Below, in pieces: positions 28,067 through 45,656 of a stretch of 64,000 nt of DNA. The position numbers were made by a program, and so were the translations under genes. The notes beneath the pieces were generated by a model. That model was not told where the DNA came from. It did no database searches and saw only the letters and a program-made list of their open reading frames with translations. Numbering within the stretch: the stretch's first letter is position 1; the number at the start of each line of letters is the position of its first letter. Where the stretch lies: NCBI RefSeq assembly GCF_009914755.1, contig NC_060926.1; one strand, given 5' to 3'. The DNA comes from the human T2T-CHM13v2.0 reference genome, Homo sapiens.

Positions 28067-29085
28067 ATGGGGAAAAAACAGAGCAGAAAAACTGGAAACT
28101 CTAAAAAGCAGAGCACCTCTCCTCCTCCAAAGGAACGCAGTTCCTCACCAGCAATGGAACAAAGCTGGACGGAGAAAATGACTTTGACGAGCTGAGAGAA
28201 GAAGGCTTCAGATGATCAAATTACTCCGAGCTATGGGAGGACATTCAAACCAAAGGCAAAGAAGTTGAAAACTTTGAAAGAAATTTAGAAGAATGTATAA
28301 CTAGAATAACCAATACAGAGAAGTGCTTAAAGGAGCTGATGGAGCTGAAAACCAAGGCTCGAGAACTACATGAAGAATGCAGAAGCCTCAGGAGCCGATG
28401 GGATCAACTGGAAGAAAGGGTATCAGCGATGGAAGATGAAATGAAGGAAATGAAGCGAGAAGGGAAGTTTAGAGAAAAAAAGAATAAAAAGAAACGAGCA
28501 AATCCTCCAAGAAATATGAGACTATGTGAAAAGACCAAATCTGCGTCTGATTGGTGTACCTGAAAGTGATGGGGAGAATGGAACCAAGTTGGAAAACACT
28601 CTGCAGGATATTATCCAGGAGAACTTCCCCAATCTAGCAAGGCAGGCCAACATTCAGATTCAGGAAATACAGAGAACGCCACAAAGATACTCCTCAAGAA
28701 GAGCAACTCCAAGACACATAATTGTCAGATTCACCAAAGTTGAAATGAAGGAAAAAATGTTAAGGGCAGCCAGAGAGAAAGGTCGGGTTACCCTCAAAGG
28801 GAAGCCCATCAGACTAACAGCAGATCTCTCGGCAGAAACTCTACAAGCCAGAAGAGAGTGGGGGCCAATATTCAACATTCTTAAAGAAAAGAATTTTCAA
28901 CCCAGAATTTCATATCCAGCCAAACTAAGCTTCATAAGTGAAGGAGAAATAAAATACTTTACAGACAAGCAAATGCTGAGAGATTTTGTCACCACCAGCC
29001 CTGCCCTAAAAGAGCTCCTGAAGGAAGCGTTAAACATGGAAGGAACAACCGGTACCAGCCGCTGCAAAATCATGCCAAAATGTAA
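28067..29085 (+). pseudogene. ORF1: L1 ORF1p, disrupted
   Basis: Starts MGKKQSRK at 28067. +2 insertion ~28175, TGA at 28213, +1 insertion ~28480, TGA at 28517, -1 deletion ~29040. RRM/CTD portion open (28526-29101). Confidence 0.93.
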
Positions 29086-29133
29086 AGACCATCGAGACTA
29101 GGAAGAAACTGCATCAACTAACGAGCAAAATAA

Positions 29134-32976
<3,843 letters not shown>

Positions 32977-33804
32977 ACAATGAGAACACATGGACACAGG
33001 AAGGGGAACATCACACTCTGGGGACTGTTGTGGGTTGGGGGGAGGGGGGAGGGATAGCATTGGGAGATATACCTAATGCTAGATGACGAGTTAGTGGGTG
33101 CAGCACACCAGCATGGCACATGTATACATATGTAGCTAACCTGTACATTGTGCACATGTACCCTAAAACTTAAAGTATAATAATAATAAATAAATAAATA
33201 AATAAATAAAAACTTTAATGTTAAAAAAAGAAGTATGAATGCTGTAGGGTCATTTTTCTCATTAATAATTGTCTTTCTTGTCTAATTCCTTAATGCTGCT
33301 AGTTTGTGAAGATGTGTAGCACACAAAAGCTATAATAGTGCTAGATACAATAATATAGCAGTTCATAGGATGACAATCATAATAATCCTAGCTGCCAATA
33401 CTTTTCTGTGGAGTGCTTTATACCTGCAAAATGCTGTCTTTTTCCTCTTCTAAGTCACTTTTTACATATTCTTGATAGAAATGGTTGGTTTTATAATTTT
33501 CTTCTACTGGAGAGAAATGAAAGAAACAGAACATTTAAGGAATAGCCCTAGGTCATTGCCTAATATGCCACAGAGTGTGAGAAAAGCACATTTTATCACC
33601 GCCACATATTTTTTTCCTAATGAAAAAAGAAAAGACAATGTTCTTGGCATGAAACTTGATATGGAAGACGTGTTCAGTAATTAAATTTTTCCTCCCCATT
33701 GGATAGTAGTTTTGATTCATGACTGACATAGATTTTATTCTTGGTGATTTAATTCTTCATGTTCATATGACAAAAACATATCTCACTGTATTTACCAATG
33801 ACGT

Positions 33805-33935
33805 AGTGTTCTCAGCCCTGGCTGAATATTACAAATACCTGAAGAGTTAAATCTGATCTGTGAAGGGTTATGGGCATTTGTAAGTTTTAAATGCTTTGCA
33901 GATAATTCTCCTGAACTGCTGGAGAAGAGAATCCT
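33805..33935. mobile_element. MER5B-like MITE
   Basis: 'tagtgttctcagccctggctgaatattacaaatacctg...gataattct...gagaatcc'. Confidence 0.5.
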
Positions 33936-34289
33936 TGGATCAAAAGAACAATGGAAATGCAATGTTTAAGTAAGTTTCTCTCACTCAAATATTTTCTAAT
34001 TAAGAGCATCCATTTAAGTTCTCTGTCAGCAGTTCTAGAATGGTTTGAGATGGTGTATGTGTGTGTCTATGTGTTTGTGTGTCTGTGTGTGTTCCCAAGT
34101 GAAGATGGCTTTTCCAAGGGGAAGGCTGTGCTGTTTCCTGTCATGTTTAAGAACTTGGTCTTTATTTGGTGTTTTGGGCTTGCTTCTCCACATCCTGCAG
34201 ATAAAATACTGCAACCCCCCGGGCAGTTTCTTCATCTGCTGGATAATTATACCTACCTCTCAAGACTGGACTGAAGGTTAAAAGACATT

Positions 34290-34700
34290 TGTTATGGGTT
34301 GAATTGTGTCCACCCAAGGAGATTGAAGTCCTAACTCCTTGTGCCTCAAAATGTGACCTTATTCAAAAATAGGGTATTTACCGAGGTGACTGAGTTAAAA
34401 TGTCATCATTAGAGTGGGCCTAATTCAATATGACTGGTGTCCCTATAAAATGGGGAAAACTGGATGCAGAGACAGACATATGAAGGGGAAAGATGATATG
34501 AAAATGCATAGAGAAGAGGCATCTACAAGCCAAGAGAGGCCTGAAGCAGATCTTTCCCTCACAGCCCTCAAAATAAACTAACCCTGACGACACCTCAATC
34601 ATGGACTTCTATCCTCCAGAACTGGGAAAGAATAAATTTCTGTTGTGTATACCACTCAGTCTGTAGTACTTTTTTATGGCAGCCCCAAGAAACTAATACA
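34290..34700 (+). mobile_element. MLT1B solo LTR inserted in a MIR
   Basis: tgttatgggttgaattgtgtcc...aaactaataca; 5-bp TSD acatt on both sides. Confidence 0.9.
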
Positions 34701-34974
34701 ACATTACAGAGCATAGTTAACACTGTGCCAGCACTAGCATAACCTCAATTTTAAAAAAGCTACAATAAGGAGAAATTCTAAAATACAAAGTATTACCAAT
34801 GCTAATAAAAATAGAATTAATAGATCATTTTAAAAAGTAATAAATTATAATTTCTATAATATTTTATTAAACACATACATGATAAATTTGTTAAGCATTT
34901 TTACTCTATTTTAAGTCATACAGATGATCTCATCAGCCAGTCTCTTGGTGTATAGCCAAAGCTACCTTATTTTA

Positions 34975-37595
34975 AAGACCCTTTAAAAGAGCAAGCTTAG
35001 GTTCACAGCAAAATTGAGGAACACAGTGTTCCTGTGCACCTTCCAGAACATCAGAACATCCCCCTGTTCTGATACATGCCCAGCCTCCCACATTAGCAAC
35101 ATCCCCCACTATGGTGGTTCATCGTTACAGGTTATGCATCTGCTTTGACAACGTCATTGTCACTCAAAGTCCATTGTTTACATTAGATTTGTCCTTTGTG
35201 TTGTACATTCTATCGTATTGGACAAATGTGTCCAATGTGCCTACCTTTGTAGTATCACACAGAGAATTTTTACCACTCTAAAAATCCTCTGTGCTCTGCC
35301 TATTCATCGCTCCCTCCTCCACCCCGCAACAGCTACTGATCTTTTTAGTGTCTCTATAGCTTTGTCCTTCCAGAGTGTCCCATATTGGAATCATAGAGTA
35401 GACAGCTTTTTTGGATTGGCTATGTTCACTTATTAATATGCACTTAAGCTTCCTTTATGTTTTTAGTGGCTCCATAGTTCACCTCTGAATAATTTTCCAT
35501 TGTTTAGTTGTTTATTTATCCATTCATCTAATGAAAGACATCTTGATTGCTTTGACAATTATGAATAAAGTTTTGCCAATTGTGAATAAAGTTGCTCTAA
35601 ACATTTGTAGGCATAGGCAGGTTTTTCTGTGAACATGTTTTTAAACCTCATTTGAGTAAATACCAAGGAATGTGATTACTGGTTCATATGGTGAGAGTAT
35701 GTTTAGTGCTGTAAGGACCTGTTTTCCAAAGTGGCTGCCCCATTTTTCATTCCCATTAGCAATGAATGAGAGTTCCTGTTGCTCCACGTCGTTATTAGCA
35801 TGTGATGTTGTCAGTGTTCTGGATGTTGGCCATTCAAGTGGGTGTATAGTGGCATCAGATCATTTGAATCTGCATTTCTCTGATGACATATATTATGAAA
35901 CATCATTTCATATGCTTATTTGCCATCTGTATAACTTCCTTGGTGAAATGTCTGCTAAGGTCGTTGGCCCATTTTTAATAGGATTGTTTATTTTCTTATT
36001 GTTGAGTTCTAAGAATTGTTTGTGTATTTGAATGACAGTCCTTTGTCAGATGTTTTTTGCAAACTTTTTTTTTTCCATCTGTTGCTTGTCTTATTCTCTT
36101 GACATTGTCTTTCCCAGGGCAGAAAATTTTAATTTTAATAAAGTCCAGCTTATCAGTTTTTTCATGGATCATTCATGAGTGTTATTACTTCCTGTATACC
36201 ACTTTCCATTCAAGTAACAGCTTTGTATTTTAACTCATTTAATCCTCACACAAAACCTTTGGAGTATATACTGTTATCACCCTCATTGGGTACATTTGGT
36301 GTTCTATCATTGTCAAACCCAATGTCATCTATAATAGATTTTCTTTTTTGTTAACTTCCAGGAATTTTATAGTTTTCATTTTGCGTTTATATCTATAACC
36401 AATTTTGAGCTATTTTTTGAAGAGTTTAAGGTATGTTTCTAGATTCACGTTTTTGCATGTGGCTGTTCAGTTGTCTCAGCACCATTTGTTGAAAAGACTA
36501 TCTTTTCTCCATTGTATTGCCTTTGTTCCTTTGTTAAAGATTAGTTGACTGTATTTATGTGGTTCTGTTTCTCAGCTCTGTATTTTGTTCCATTGATCTA
36601 TTTGTTTATTCTTCAACCAAACCACACTGTCTTGATTACTGTAGCTTTACAGTAAGTCTTAAAGTTGAGTAGTGTCAGTCCTACATCTTTGTTTCTCTCT
36701 TTCAATGTGTATTCGCTATTCTGTTTTTTTTTGTACTCTCCACATAAACTTTAGACTAAGTTTGATAATATCTATAAAATAACTTGCTGGGATTTTTTAT
36801 TTTGATGACATATAGATTAAGTTGGGTAGAGCTGACATCTTGACAATATTGAGTCTTCCTCTTCGTGAATATGGGATATTGTTCTACTTATTTAGTTCTT
36901 CTATTATTTCTTTCGTCAGAGTTTTTGGCCACTTTTCTCAAATAGATCTTGTGCATTTTTTTTGCTATATTTATACCTATGTATTTCATTTTGGGGAGTG
37001 CTAGTGAAATGGTATTGTGTTTTAATTAATTTGAAATTAAATTAAAACAATCCCTGTTTATTGCTGGTTTATAGGAAAGCTATTGACATTTGTATATTAA
37101 CCTTATATCCTGCAATTTTGCTATGATTGTTTATTAGTTTCAGAAATTTTTTCATTGGTTCTTTCAGATTTTCTACATAGATAAATGTGTCTTCTGCAAT
37201 TAAAGAAAACTTTATTTCTTACTTCCCAATCAGCATACTTCTATTTCCTCTTATTGCCTTACTGCATTAGCTAGAACTTCTAGTACAATGTTGAAAAGGT
37301 GTGGTGAGAGAGAACATCATTGCCTTGTTTCTGATCTTAGTGAAAAATCTTTGAGTTTGTTACTATAAAAGATAATGTTAACTGTAGATGTTTTATAGAT
37401 ATTCTATATCAAGTCGAGGAAATGGTTCACTATTTTTAGTTTACTGAGAGCTTTAATCAAGAATGAGCATGGGATTTTGTAAAATCCTTTGACTGTATCT
37501 ATTATGTGATTTCTCTATTGATGTGATAAAGTAAATTAATTATTTTTGAATATCGTACTGGCTTTGCATATCTGGGATAAATCCCACTTGGTTGT
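34975..37595 (-). mobile_element. L1MC/L1MD-type fragment (resumes at 47023)
   Basis: Antisense 3'UTR and ORF2 motifs; 'aatcccacttggttgt' continues as 'ggtatataattc' after the HERV-L insertion. Confidence 0.8.
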
Positions 37596-38060
37596 TGTAA
37601 TGGTTAATATTGAGTGTCAACTTAATTAAAAGATGCAAAGTATTGTTCCTGGGTGAGTCTGTGAGGGTGTTGCCAAAGTAGATTAATATTTGAGTCAGTG
37701 AACTGAGAGAGTCAGACCCACCCTCAATCCAGGTGGGCACCATTTAATCAGCTGCCAGCATAGCTAGAATAAAGCAGGCAGAAGAACAGCAAAGGACTTG
37801 ACTTGCTGAGTCTTCTGGACTTCATTTTTCTCTCGTGCTGGATAATTCCTGCCCTCAATCGTCAGACTCCAAGTTCTTCAGCTTTTGGACTCTTAGACTT
37901 ACACGAGTGGGTTACCAGTCATTTGCCAGGGTCTATTGGGCCTTCAGCCACAGAATGAAGACTCCTGGCTTCCCTACTTTTGAGGTTTGGGGACTTGGAC
38001 TGGCTTCCCTGCTCCTCAGCTTGCAGATGGCCTATTGTGGGACTTCAGCTTGTGGTTGTG
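37596..38060 (+). mobile_element. MLT2A (HERV-L) 5' LTR, 3'-truncated
   Basis: tgtaatggttaatattgagtgtcaac...gagggtgttgccaaag; colinear with 46496-47022 but lacks the last ~80 bp. Confidence 0.9.
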
Positions 38061-41000
38061 TGGATGATGACACTTTCTGGCTACTTCCTGCTGAAAAGGG
38101 GTGTTGTGTGGGGAACAGCAGCTAAGGTTCCTCCTGGGGTTGGTCCTCATAAGAAGGCATGTCCATGCGTGGTTCTCTCTGCAGCACCATTTGGAGTTTG
38201 ATTGCTGTCAACCATTCCGATAGGTTGTAACACTGGTTTGCCTCCATCAGATGTTGCTGAAACATTAATATAGAAGTAACATTCCTTTTAGGATAAGTGG
38301 CACTGGATTTGGGTGGCTAGAGTAACTTTAGTGTTAACCTTGGCTAAATCTTTCCTGCAATTATTAATCCCTTCATGACTTCCACAGACCATTTAAGACA
38401 TGCTTAAGCTTTCCGACTTGTCCTAAACATCCTTCTTTTTAAACAATCAACTATTCTTTTTAGAACAAGTAGTTACCATCCTTATAATCCTTTCATGACC
38501 TCCATGAACCATCTACAATATGCTTAAACCTTCTGACTTGTCCTAAACATCCCTCTTTTAAACAACCAACTATTCTCTTTAGGACAAGTATTTACCATAA
38601 AAGATCCTTTCTTGTAAAAAAATCTCTTTCCATTATAACCTTCTTTGCATAGCCAAGGTGTGACGTATTACCAAACACAATAAGAAGTTCTAGCAGACTC
38701 AATGACAGAAAAACTTTCACGATTCTTTTTGTTGGTAACTATTATCCCTGCTATAAGGATAATAACTAAGCAAACTACTACAGCAATGGAAACTCTCTGT
38801 CCAATATTTCAGTTAGAAGGTACTACCATGTATAGCTCTATTGGAAATAGTAGAGTGAATATAGCAATTCCTGTGAGGGTGTTATAGTAGGTTATTTCCA
38901 TCTCAAATTTTACTTATCAAGATATAGAATTTCCCTTTGGAGGTCTGTGAAGTTCCTTGGTTTTATCTTCCCAAACAAAGGAACCTCTGTGTTATGGGCA
39001 TCCTACTCACTTTCATTACCTGGCAGAATTTGCAGGATAATTGTCCAGAGCTAGCATATTGATCCAGATTTTTATATTCCCCATCCCTTTTGGTTTCTTC
39101 TGAGCTGCAGGAGGTCATTATTTGATTTAAAGGAATAAGCAGGGTTAGTCTAAAATGTACACAAAAAACTTAAAAACAATCAATGAGACGAAAATTTAAT
39201 GACAAATGTATGATAATCTTTGGAGCACAATTTCTGTCTCTGGTCCTAATTTTTTTTGGTAAAAACAAATTGTGATGGAACTGTGCATGTTGTTCGTAGA
39301 ATAAACTTTGCTCTTATAATTGGCCTGATTATTTGCATAAAGTACGGGAAGAATAATTATTTCTACATAGGCCTTTTGGATTGGCTTTGCTGGAAATCTG
39401 TTCCACAAGGAATCTTAGATAAGACCTTTTAAAGCCAAGCTCAGCCATGGGTTTGTATCCTCAAATACTTGTGAGTTGGGTGATCCTTTTCTCTTAAGGT
39501 CCCAAGATAAACTTGGAGCTCCTGTACCTGTTAGAAAGTTACATTCTTTACTGACCACAGGTTAGGAACACCGTACAGGGACTGTGTAGACAAGGTATGA
39601 GGCCAGTCTTCCCCGAGGCACTTTTATTGGCTTTGCACATCAAGCTTGATTCCTTAAAGGAAAACATACCTTTCCAGTCAAAGCCTTGGTAGAATAAGCA
39701 GTTTTTTTCCAATTGTGTCCTATTGCAAAAAAAAAAAAAAAAAAAAAAAAAAAATAGATTCTTATTGCACTGGTACAAAAAACTGTATTGCCATAAGTTA
39801 AGAATACTCACAGATAGTTTCCAAATTCTGGAGAAACCAGGCAGAGAGAAACAAATGTGCTCTAAATTTCATTCACCGGAGTATACATTACTCAATTATT
39901 AAAGGCTGTAAATAGTTCAAAATGAGTTTCCTTGACTCTGAAAAACAAGGATCGGCAATATTCCAAGCAAAAGTCAAAAAGGTTGCTTTAGCTTTCTGAG
40001 TGCAGTCCATTTAGTTAACTCTTGTTTTGTTTGATATTCATGCATGTTTCAGTTCTTCATGAGTCCTGTATGGTTTTTTATCTCTATTTCAATGTTACAA
40101 TCTTCAAAGCTATTAAAAACCCACATTTGAGAACACCTGGTAAAGCTCTATAGCTTGATTGTAAAGCATCTTTTGAGAGGAAACAAAGTAAGACAACAAT
40201 TGTCTGTGAATGACAAAATTTCCAGGGTAGTTAAAAACATGACTGACAAAGAAGTTTAGTTGTCTCAGTGGTTTACAATAACTTTAGTAACTTTTATGAT
40301 TGATAGCATATACTTAGACATTAAAATTTTAGAAATCCCATACAAGTTTGAGGCATATATTAGTATTCATCAAAATATAACTTAAATAAGATTGGACATC
40401 ATTTTGGCAATCTCATGTGACTAAACATGTCAAATAATCCTGTTTACCTTTTCTCTGAATGTTTCCAGGGCCCTCAGAACCATTCAGAAAGCCAGGCAAC
40501 AGGAAAGACAATTTTAAATCTTGAAGTTTGATTTTGGGATGCCTGTTAAATGTCAGAGTTTTAAAACACTCGATGTTATGAAATAGAATTCCAGATTGCC
40601 ATAAATTATTTATTTTGCCAAAAATGATGATGCAAAAGGCAAAAACCTTTCATTAGTTTTTACTATTACATAAAAATCCTGTTCAAAGCCAAATTTTACC
40701 CTTGCATATATTTATTAATTTTAACCCCAATTTGTTTAAATGAAACCTTATCGATGATTCCAACTAATCTTAACAATTTGACCATGAGGTGAAATTTTTA
40801 CAAACCTTTTATAACCTTTTTTGCTAAAGGGCAGATAATCATCTTACAACAACCTTGCTGTGCTTTTATTTCAATGCTCAATTTATGAAAATACCATGTA
40901 ATACCCTGTTGAATTTAGCTAATGTTTACACATTTTTTGCAAGAATAATTTTTATAATCTTTCTATAACTTGCTTAAAACTTCAGCTTTCTTATCTACTT

Positions 41001-42574
41001 TAAGACAATTCTTTATGACTAGGCAATATTTACATTTCCATGCCTTCTCATAATCTTTTACTAGAAACACATTTTACTGTTTTTATATGCCTTTCATGTG
41101 AAATTGTTTAGTGGTCTCAGATACATGTTGCACTGTTAAGTCTTAGCAACTTTTACTTTTGGTGAAACACCTGATTAGTAAGTGATTTTAATTACGTACC
41201 AGATGTGGAGCCTTGGACTCAGACAGAAATGAAGATAAGGTCTGACTCTTTGCAGCATCTAACTATACGTGTCCCAGGCCTCACCTATTTGTAAAGCATG
41301 CAGTATACTACCTTGGAACATTTAGCAAACCTAGTATCTAAGTTGTATTATTTAGACCACCTATTTGCATTTTGATGACACTTGCATTTTACCAATAATC
41401 GTTAAGACTATTTATATTTATTAATGAATAAAGTCATATGAACTAAAAAATATTTAAGTGCTTATTTTTTAAGCCAATCAGAGCTTTTTTAAGATAGATA
41501 TTACATGCAACACATATATGGTGACACAAACAGATAGAATATTCAGCACTTGTAAAATTTTTCATCTGCCATTTTTTTAATTGGATTACTGGCTTCAGGC
41601 TGGAGCCCTCAGAGGAGCAGGGCCAGGATGGCATGCATTTTTAGGGCCTAATAAGCAGGCACAGCTGAAAGCAAAGACATATCCCCAAAATTAAGAGTGC
41701 CATTTTAAACTGGATCTTGGATCCCCCAAAAGAGGGAGATACTATGGGAGAAGACAGTACAGTGCTTCTACCATGCATTTTATTGCAAGGCAACCCAAAG
41801 CCAGTGGGCTTATTTTGTAATCAGCCCATCCCCCATGGGAGTCTCATCTCTCAGTGGGGGTAGCGAAGTTTCCATATCTTTCAGGTGACCAAGAGCATGC
41901 TTCTCTGATTCAAATGTGCAAACAGTTAAGTAACCCTCCATAACTATCATTAGCCATCCCTTAAAGTATATTTCCTACCTAGTTATTACACACCAAATCT
42001 CTCTCATAATGTGAAGTAATTTGATAACCCAAAAACTCAAAACTGTCAGATAACAGAAGGCAAAACAGAACTGCTCCTTTGATTTTGAGAGGGATCTATC
42101 TGCTTTTAATTCCTGGGGTTTCATGAGGAAAACGGGATTTTTTTTTTCCCAAAATGGGGTCTGTGGCAACTCCTATGTTTTTCCCAAGGAGTCCCAGGCT
42201 ACCAGAATTTATCTTAGGGCCTCTCATATGTGCATTAATAGTGGCAAGACGAATAATAGAGAAAAATAATTCAGTTGATTGAGAATGAAAAAGAGAACCT
42301 TTTATTAGAAAAGCAAGATCCAAGAAGAGAAAAACATAAAGGCCTTTTAAATATCCATATAACTTGAATATTCACTCTTAATTAAGCCGAGCACTCTTTA
42401 AGAAAATCCTTTTAAATCTCTTGTTACTCAACTTTAGCCATGCCAAGCAGTTAAGATTTTCAGCTTTTGAACTTTACAAAAAGTAACCTCACAGGTGAAG
42501 CCAACAAGCCATAATGAGGTTTTGACTTAGCCACAAGTGTATAAGGTATTTTTAAAGGGATAGTAAGCAGCTTT

Positions 42575-42998
42575 TGAAATTGTTGTTACAGAATTGTGAC
42601 TGAGGCAGTGAAAGAGATTCAACCCAACCAACTCCATTTTATTTCCAGCCCCCAAGCTCTCCTTACCCAACCCTGGGCATAGGTCAAACCAACTTTGGGA
42701 GGAGCCTGGTTTACAGTTTATAGTACAAAAAAGCTAATAACAGCCTCTTCCTAAGATATACTTCCCTCTTGCCTGGGGACCAGACCAAGAAACTAGCCAT
42801 AAGATTAGAAACCATGGCTTAGGACTCATGCAGCTGGAGGCTACAAGATTTTGACCTTCCCTTATCTGCTCTCAAGATCAGTGCTTAAGATATGTTGTAA
42901 ACCCTGCCCTTGATGGATTAGCTGGCCCCACCCAAATTGATAAACTGGCTTACCTGATTTTGTAGCCCTCACCCAGGAACTGACTTAGCACAAGACAG
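42575..42998 (+). mobile_element. LTR8-like partial LTR, opposite to the host ERV
   Basis: 'cagtgaaagaga...cttgcctggggac...catgcagctggaggctacaagatt...cacccaggaactgact'. Confidence 0.75.
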
Positions 42999-43852
42999 TC
43001 ACTGTTGTAAAATGACAGAGACTAAAACAAAGTATTGCCACGTGGTTACTGGTCATGTTTCCAAAGACATGAAACAAGTTGGAGACCCATAGCCAAGTTT
43101 GTTACCAGCCATTTTGTTGGGCTGGCTTGAATAGCAGGCTTATGAGGTTCTGCATACTAGCCTAAGGTACCCTTTCTTTTGACAGAACCATACAGAAAGA
43201 CACACAAAGCACAACAGATTGGCTACAGCCTAAGACCAACCTCAGAAGTTCTTTTTCATTAATTGAAACTTTACAGAGAATATAAAGAGTGATCCTTATT
43301 GTTTCTTTTACTGGTTTCCACAGGGAGAAAGACACCAAAAGCCTAATTGGTAAAAAACAACAACAACAGCAAAAAAAATCTTTTACTCTTTTGCTGGCAT
43401 GTGAGACTTCTAGGCTCCCTTTCTCCTAGCTCAACCCTAAGCTAAGCATTATAAGGTTTGGTGAAATTAACGTTTCCCATGTTGGAAGAACATTATAAAG
43501 TTAGATAGGAGCCATTTTAAGCCATAAAAGAAGAAAAAATACCATAGAGAAATTTGGGGGTTCTAACTAGAGTTGTCAAGAGGCACTGATTCCCTTCCTA
43601 TTGGCAATGGTGTTTCCTCTATTGCTTCACCTTCCCTATTTTCTCTTTTCCCTTTTGGCCTACTATAGGAGACATATTGCTCATCTCTGAAATTCTCAGC
43701 TCCCTGCAGAGCTGCCTGTTTTTCAACCACAGTTCGAATTTGGCTTAGAAGCAGCCTAACATCCCTTCATGAGAGGCCAAACACCACAGTTAAAATTTGG
43801 AAAACTTCTATATACCTACCAGGGTCATTAGAAAATTGGCCTGAGTCTCCCT

Positions 43853-44158
43853 TTATTTGCCTAAGGTCCTGTAATGAGAAGGGAACTTATGGGGGCCCTG
43901 AATAGGGGCATCCTTAGATTGTTCACCTGGAAGTTGCTTCTCTAACTTTGGAGAATCATTCTCTATAGGCCTGCCTGATATGACTACTATAAAAGTTGTG
44001 TTGATTTTGTAACGCCTGGAAAGGTCTAGTAGGAAGGTCATGCCCTTGTGCAAAAGAAAATGAGCTGCTTTATTCTTTAACGTTTCAGGGTCAAAGGAGT
44101 TCTTGTGCTTCACAATGTACTTCAGAGGGGTGCAAGCTGAAGATGATCTCTTACCCAT
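43853..44158 (-). pseudogene. gag: Gamma-like ERV gag matrix remnant
   Basis: MGKRSSSACTPLKYIVKHKNSFDPETLK resembles HERV-9/W-type Gag N-termini (TPLxCILxxWDxFDPxTLK); frameshifted thereafter. Confidence 0.65.
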
Positions 44159-45635
44159 CTAGAAAGGGAAGCAAGAAGCAAGAAAATGGCATCCCTTTTT
44201 TAGTGTGACCCAGAGTGGAGAGGGAGATAGTGGGGGTGTCCCTGCTGCTGTTTTTCCTCCGTGGTTCCTGGGTACTAGCACCTTGTTGAACATGCTGCCC
44301 ATGGTTTCGTGTGTGACCTTCAGCCAGGGGACTAGAGGAACTAAGTGGGATTAGTCACGCTCACCCATGCAGCTTTAGTCCTCTGCCTGTGATTTCCCTT
44401 GACTTCCTAGACTTGTAAGACCTGCCTGGCTCCCTGAGAAATGGATCTCAGGAGAGGCTATGCGACAGTTGCATTTTCCTCCTTAATGGAGGAAGTGTGC
44501 TGGTTTGAGCACTATATCCTGCTATTATGGCTTGTACTAAAGCGTTTACCCTTAGAGAATGGTTCTAGTTAACTGCCAAGCTTAAAATCCCCTTACTAAT
44601 TAAGTATCATTTTAATTGGAGCCAGAATAAGTGCCTTAAAAAATGTAGGGACTGAATGGTCATTTTCCTGCTGATGGGACAGTACTGACACTAAAATTTC
44701 GTTCCAGAGGACATTTTACTCCTAATTGTTGAGGGCCGAGTTCTCCTGTTCACAGAAGCAGCATAAACCCCGGTTTCAAGTAGAGAGGAACTAAAAGGGA
44801 GGACAATTGGGATGCTAGGGTGTTTCGGTAAAGATCCAACAATGTGCCTAATGGAGAGAAATCCTACACCACTAGGTGACACTATTTACCTAGAAATGCC
44901 ATGTGATTTCTAGGTCAAGGGTAGAGTGACCTTGAGTGCTCTCCAGACCAAGGGCAGAGAGAGAGCTGGAAATGGCATGTGCTTGCTAGACCAAGGGCAA
45001 AGAGTGATCTGGAAATGCCATGTGCTCTCCAGATTAAGGGCAGAGGGGGGTAGGGAATCACAAAGACAGCATTCCCTTAAGCTATATCCCCAGTTACTAT
45101 GGCATTCCCTGACCTTGCCTAACAAGATTACTTCCCTGAACTGTAAAACTTCCCACACATTGCATACACAGAGAGGACAGGGGATATGACAGTCGTGGAC
45201 AGGAAAGGAGGAAATTATGATACAAACATTGGAGATCCTGTTGCCAACACCCCATTGGGCAGCTGGAGGCTGGAGTCAGTCTAGAAGCCTTTGGATAACA
45301 CCAGCGGGTAGCCCCAGCCAGAAATCCTCAGTTGCTCAAGGACCTCTTTCAGCCCCATGCAACGGTTAAGTCCTCCATGAAAAGTAACTGGTTCAAACAT
45401 GGCCAATATGCCCAGCAACTTGTGGATGCTGGGGGATTCTCTACGTTCTCCCCGGTAAGCCTCACATCCAAGTCTTTAAGAATGGCAGCCACGGTAATCA
45501 TGTTTTTAACTGACTGATGGATGCCTGTTATTGATTTGATTTGATTCTAAAATGGAGCCCGAGAGCCCCAAAATGAAAGGACAAAGTTGGAGTCCATGCC
45601 TCTACTCACCGTTTTGATGAATGTTGTACCTTGGT

Positions 45636-45653
45636 ATCCTGGATGAGCCCCCA
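45636..45653 (-). promoter_or_regulatory. Primer-binding site for tRNA-Pro
   Basis: TGGGGGCTCATCCAGGAT versus canonical TGGGGGCTCGTCCGGGAT (two CpG-decay changes), 3 nt from the LTR end. Confidence 0.9.
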
Positions 45654-45656
45654 GTA

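Larger units (their letters stand above)
38061..45656 (-). mobile_element. ERV1 internal region, HUERS-P3/MER61-int-like, non-coding
   Basis: PBS-Pro, splice donor (cggtgagta ~45603-45611), gag N-terminal remnant, and env C-terminal remnant (AIKLQMVLQREP...) at ~38070-38210. Confidence 0.8.

Noticed and set aside
28526-29101. 191-aa ORF as an independent gene
   Set aside because: It is the C-terminal remnant of frameshifted L1 ORF1, with a GTG start.
38361-38600. ~120-bp tandem duplication as a locus-specific event
   Set aside because: Diverged copies inside the ERV1 interior; probably inherited from the element's consensus.
44890-45045. ~41-bp repeats as a CRISPR-like array
   Set aside because: Degenerate tandem repeats without unique spacers, inside an ERV leader in human DNA.
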